Under the pieces are notes generated by a model. That model had not been told where the DNA came from. It saw nothing but the letters and a program-made list of their open reading frames with translations, and searched no databases. A stretch of DNA of 53,502 bases from a virus (lineage: Duplodnaviria; Caudoviricetes), in the IMG/VR virus record IMGVR_UViG_3300018432_000016, positions 1 to 53,502 of that record, one strand, 5' to 3'. Positions 51,991 through 53,502 of the stretch are shown piece by piece. Every line of letters begins with the position of its first letter. The stretch's first letter is position 1. The translations under genes were made by a program, and so were the position numbers.

Positions 51991-52070
51991 CGGAGCAGGA
52001 TCGCGGCGACGACGGCGGCCACGACGAGGACGACGCCGAGGAGAGCGAGCCGGACCTCGTCGCCGGTCAC
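51987..52070 (-). CDS. Membrane peptide
   Basis: 27 aa hydrophobic; GTGA overlap with terS. Confidence 0.4.
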   Translation of the reverse strand: MTGDEVRLALLGVVLVVAAVVAAILLR

Positions 52071-52597
52071 GGCTCGATTCCTTCGTCGAGGGCGTCGTCG
52101 AGGGGGTCGGCGTAGTCGACGCCGAGGGACAGGAGCGCCTCGTTGACGGCGTCGTCGATGCGGCGTTCCGCGTCCTCCGTGGTCATCTGCACGCGGGTCA
52201 CACCGGCCCACCGTTCGGGGGCTGTGCGCGCCAGGTAGTCGCGGGCTGCGCGCCAGTCGTCGGAGAACGCGGTCCGCCAGGCGGCGACGGCGGCGACCTC
52301 GGCGACGGCCTGCGCGCGTGTGACGGATTCCAGTAAAAGGAGGTACGGGGCGTCGGCGTCGGAGGGTTCGGCGCCGGCGTCGCGGGCGGACGCTGCTTCG
52401 CGGCCTCGGGCGAGCCACCCGGCGAGGGTGGACTGTGAGATGCCGGCGGCTTGGGCGGCGACTTTGAGGTATGAGCCGGCTTCGACGGCGGTGACGATGG
52501 CGTCGTGGGTTTCCTGGGTGAGCCGGGTCGGTCGGCCGCGCCCCATGCGTTCGACGAACGCGGTCGGCAGGTTGGGGTGTTCGGTCACGGTCAGCAC
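52067..52597 (-). CDS. terS: Terminase small subunit (HTH)
   Basis: GRPTRLTQE...AVEAGSYLKVAAQAAGISQSTL..WL.RG...DWRAA..YLAR..PERW. Confidence 0.75.
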   Translation of the reverse strand: MLTVTEHPNLPTAFVERMGRGRPTRLTQETHDAIVTAVEAGSYLKVAAQAAGISQSTLAGWLARGREAASARDAGAEPSDADAPYLLLLESVTRAQAVAEVAAVAAWRTAFSDDWRAARDYLARTAPERWAGVTRVQMTTEDAERRIDDAVNEALLSLGVDYADPLDDALDEGIEP

Positions 52598-52776
52598 CTG
52601 CCCTTGTCGGTGACTTCCCGGATGGCCTCGGCGAGGTGTGGGTGCCGGGCGAGGAGGGACGGGTGCGGCCCCCGCCGGGCCAGATCGGAGCCCCGGGCGA
52701 GGGCGAGGATGCGGGGCGGGGGCTCCAGGCGGTCGGCGGCGGCGCGGAGGAGTGCGGCGACGCGGGCGCGGATCAT
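52591..52776 (-). CDS. Hypothetical protein
   Basis: MIRARVAALLRAAADRLEP; ATGA overlap. Confidence 0.55.
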   Translation of the reverse strand: MIRARVAALLRAAADRLEPPPRILALARGSDLARRGPHPSLLARHPHLAEAIREVTDKGRC

Positions 52777-53042
52777 CTGGTGGCCTTCGTGATCGTGCTG
52801 TCGGTGACGGTGCCCGCTTGTTCGGCGGCGTCCCGGGCGATGGCGTCGTCGAGGAGCCACTGCCGGGCGGCGTCGACGAGTCCGAGGACGGTGGGGCGGT
52901 CGAGGTCGGCGAGGATGGCGCCGTCGGGGTCTTCGGCGACGACCGATATGCGGCCGAGGGCGGCGGCCCGTATGCGGACCTTCGTGCGCCTAGTGGTGTC
53001 CTCGGCGGCCCACCGGTCGACCGGGTCGGGTGTGGTGGTCAC
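52773..53042 (-). CDS. Hypothetical protein
   Basis: AGGAG SD before GTG. Confidence 0.6.
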   Translation of the reverse strand: MTTTPDPVDRWAAEDTTRRTKVRIRAAALGRISVVAEDPDGAILADLDRPTVLGLVDAARQWLLDDAIARDAAEQAGTVTDSTITKATR

Positions 53043-53095
53043 GGGTGCTCCTGTCGTCGGGGGCGGCGTGGCCGGCGTGGCGCGTGCCTTGCCTG

Positions 53096-53314
53096 TCACG
53101 ATGCCCCACCGGGGCCGTTGTCGTGCCCGGGGGAGGGGCAGGTGTCGATGTAGGCGTGCCCCCCGTCGGGCAGGTCGACGAGGGTGGAGGTCCACCCGTA
53201 CGCGGCGGCCTCGTCGCGCCCGTGAACGCTGGTTCGCGACCGGGTGTGGAACGCGCCCCGGCACGGCTGCCCGCTGCGGAGGCGGTCACACGTCAAGGTG
53301 ACGAGGGCGGTCAC
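53096..53314 (-). CDS. Small Cys-containing protein
   Basis: LTCD...C...AAAYGW...DTCP..H. Confidence 0.6.
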   Translation of the reverse strand: MTALVTLTCDRLRSGQPCRGAFHTRSRTSVHGRDEAAAYGWTSTLVDLPDGGHAYIDTCPSPGHDNGPGGAS

Positions 53315-53502
53315 GACAGGACCTCGGCGAGGCGCAGACCGGACTCCCCGTCGAGCATGGCGCGGGCGAGGTGCGGCTGCCCCGAGCAGGTCTCCAGGTG
53401 CAGGGCGAGGAGCCGGCGAACCTCCCGGTAGGTGAGGAGGATCGCGTCCTCCGGGAAGTGGTCGAGGTGCGGGCGGCGAGGGTCCTCGTCGATGGGGTGC
53501 GG
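53311..53502 (-). CDS. 3' part of the protein that begins at 567 (if circular)
   Basis: PHPIDEDPRRPHLDHFPEDAILLTYREV...LAEVLS*; frame starts exactly at 53502. Confidence 0.65.
   Translation of the reverse strand, partial: PHPIDEDPRRPHLDHFPEDAILLTYREVRRLLALHLETCSGQPHLARAMLDGESGLRLAEVLS

Larger units (their letters stand above)
1..53502 (-). mobile_element. Tailed actinobacteriophage (siphovirus, cluster-B/Rosebush-like morphogenesis), probably a complete circularly permuted genome
   Basis: Full packaging, head, tail, lysis and replication gene set; an ORF reads in frame across the 1/53502 junction; no host housekeeping genes seen. Confidence 0.9.

Noticed and set aside
58-53435. Numerous long plus-strand and alternate-frame ORFs (e.g. 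1016-2635, 13061-14587, 16032-18263, 39611-41329, 48527-50371)
   Set aside because: Arg/Pro/Gly-rich shadow ORFs caused by high GC and stop-codon scarcity; they overlap well-supported genes
1-53502. tRNA, rRNA, integrase/attP
   Set aside because: None recognised by eye; tRNAscan and HMM searches would be needed to exclude them formally

Overview
This very GC-rich window (roughly three-quarters G+C by eye) is an actinobacterial siphovirus genome, very probably complete and circularly permuted: the minus-strand ORF running off position 1 continues in frame into the ORF starting at 53502. Almost all genes are on the minus strand. The virion module resembles cluster-B mycobacteriophages (Rosebush type): small and large terminase, a DUF1360 membrane protein, a portal fused to a MuF-like domain, capsid protease, separate hexamer and pentamer capsid proteins, major tail protein, head-tail adaptor, frameshifted tail chaperone, tape measure, Dit and minor tail proteins, with a CHAP endolysin inside the tail cluster. 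The replication/recombination module has an ERF annealing protein, SSB, an HNH-AP2 nuclease, an HTH replication initiator with internal iterons and a DnaC/IstB-like loader. I recognise no integrase, DNA polymerase, helicase, primase, tRNA or ParA. Two features stand out. (1) An AICE/plasmid-type FtsK/SpoIIIE (TraB-like) translocase and an adjacent membrane protein are inserted in the head module, suggesting a phage-plasmid that might also move its DNA conjugatively. (2) There is a layered set of dispersed regulatory repeats: six ~80-90 bp leaderless promoter cassettes each driving one small gene (four Zn-finger-like), a 21-bp putative activator box exactly 18 bp upstream of a -10 box at three late operons, a start-associated CCCACGCC motif, and an operator-like GTACTT(C/G)CCCCC box. 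All family assignments come from recognising motifs by eye, not from database searches.
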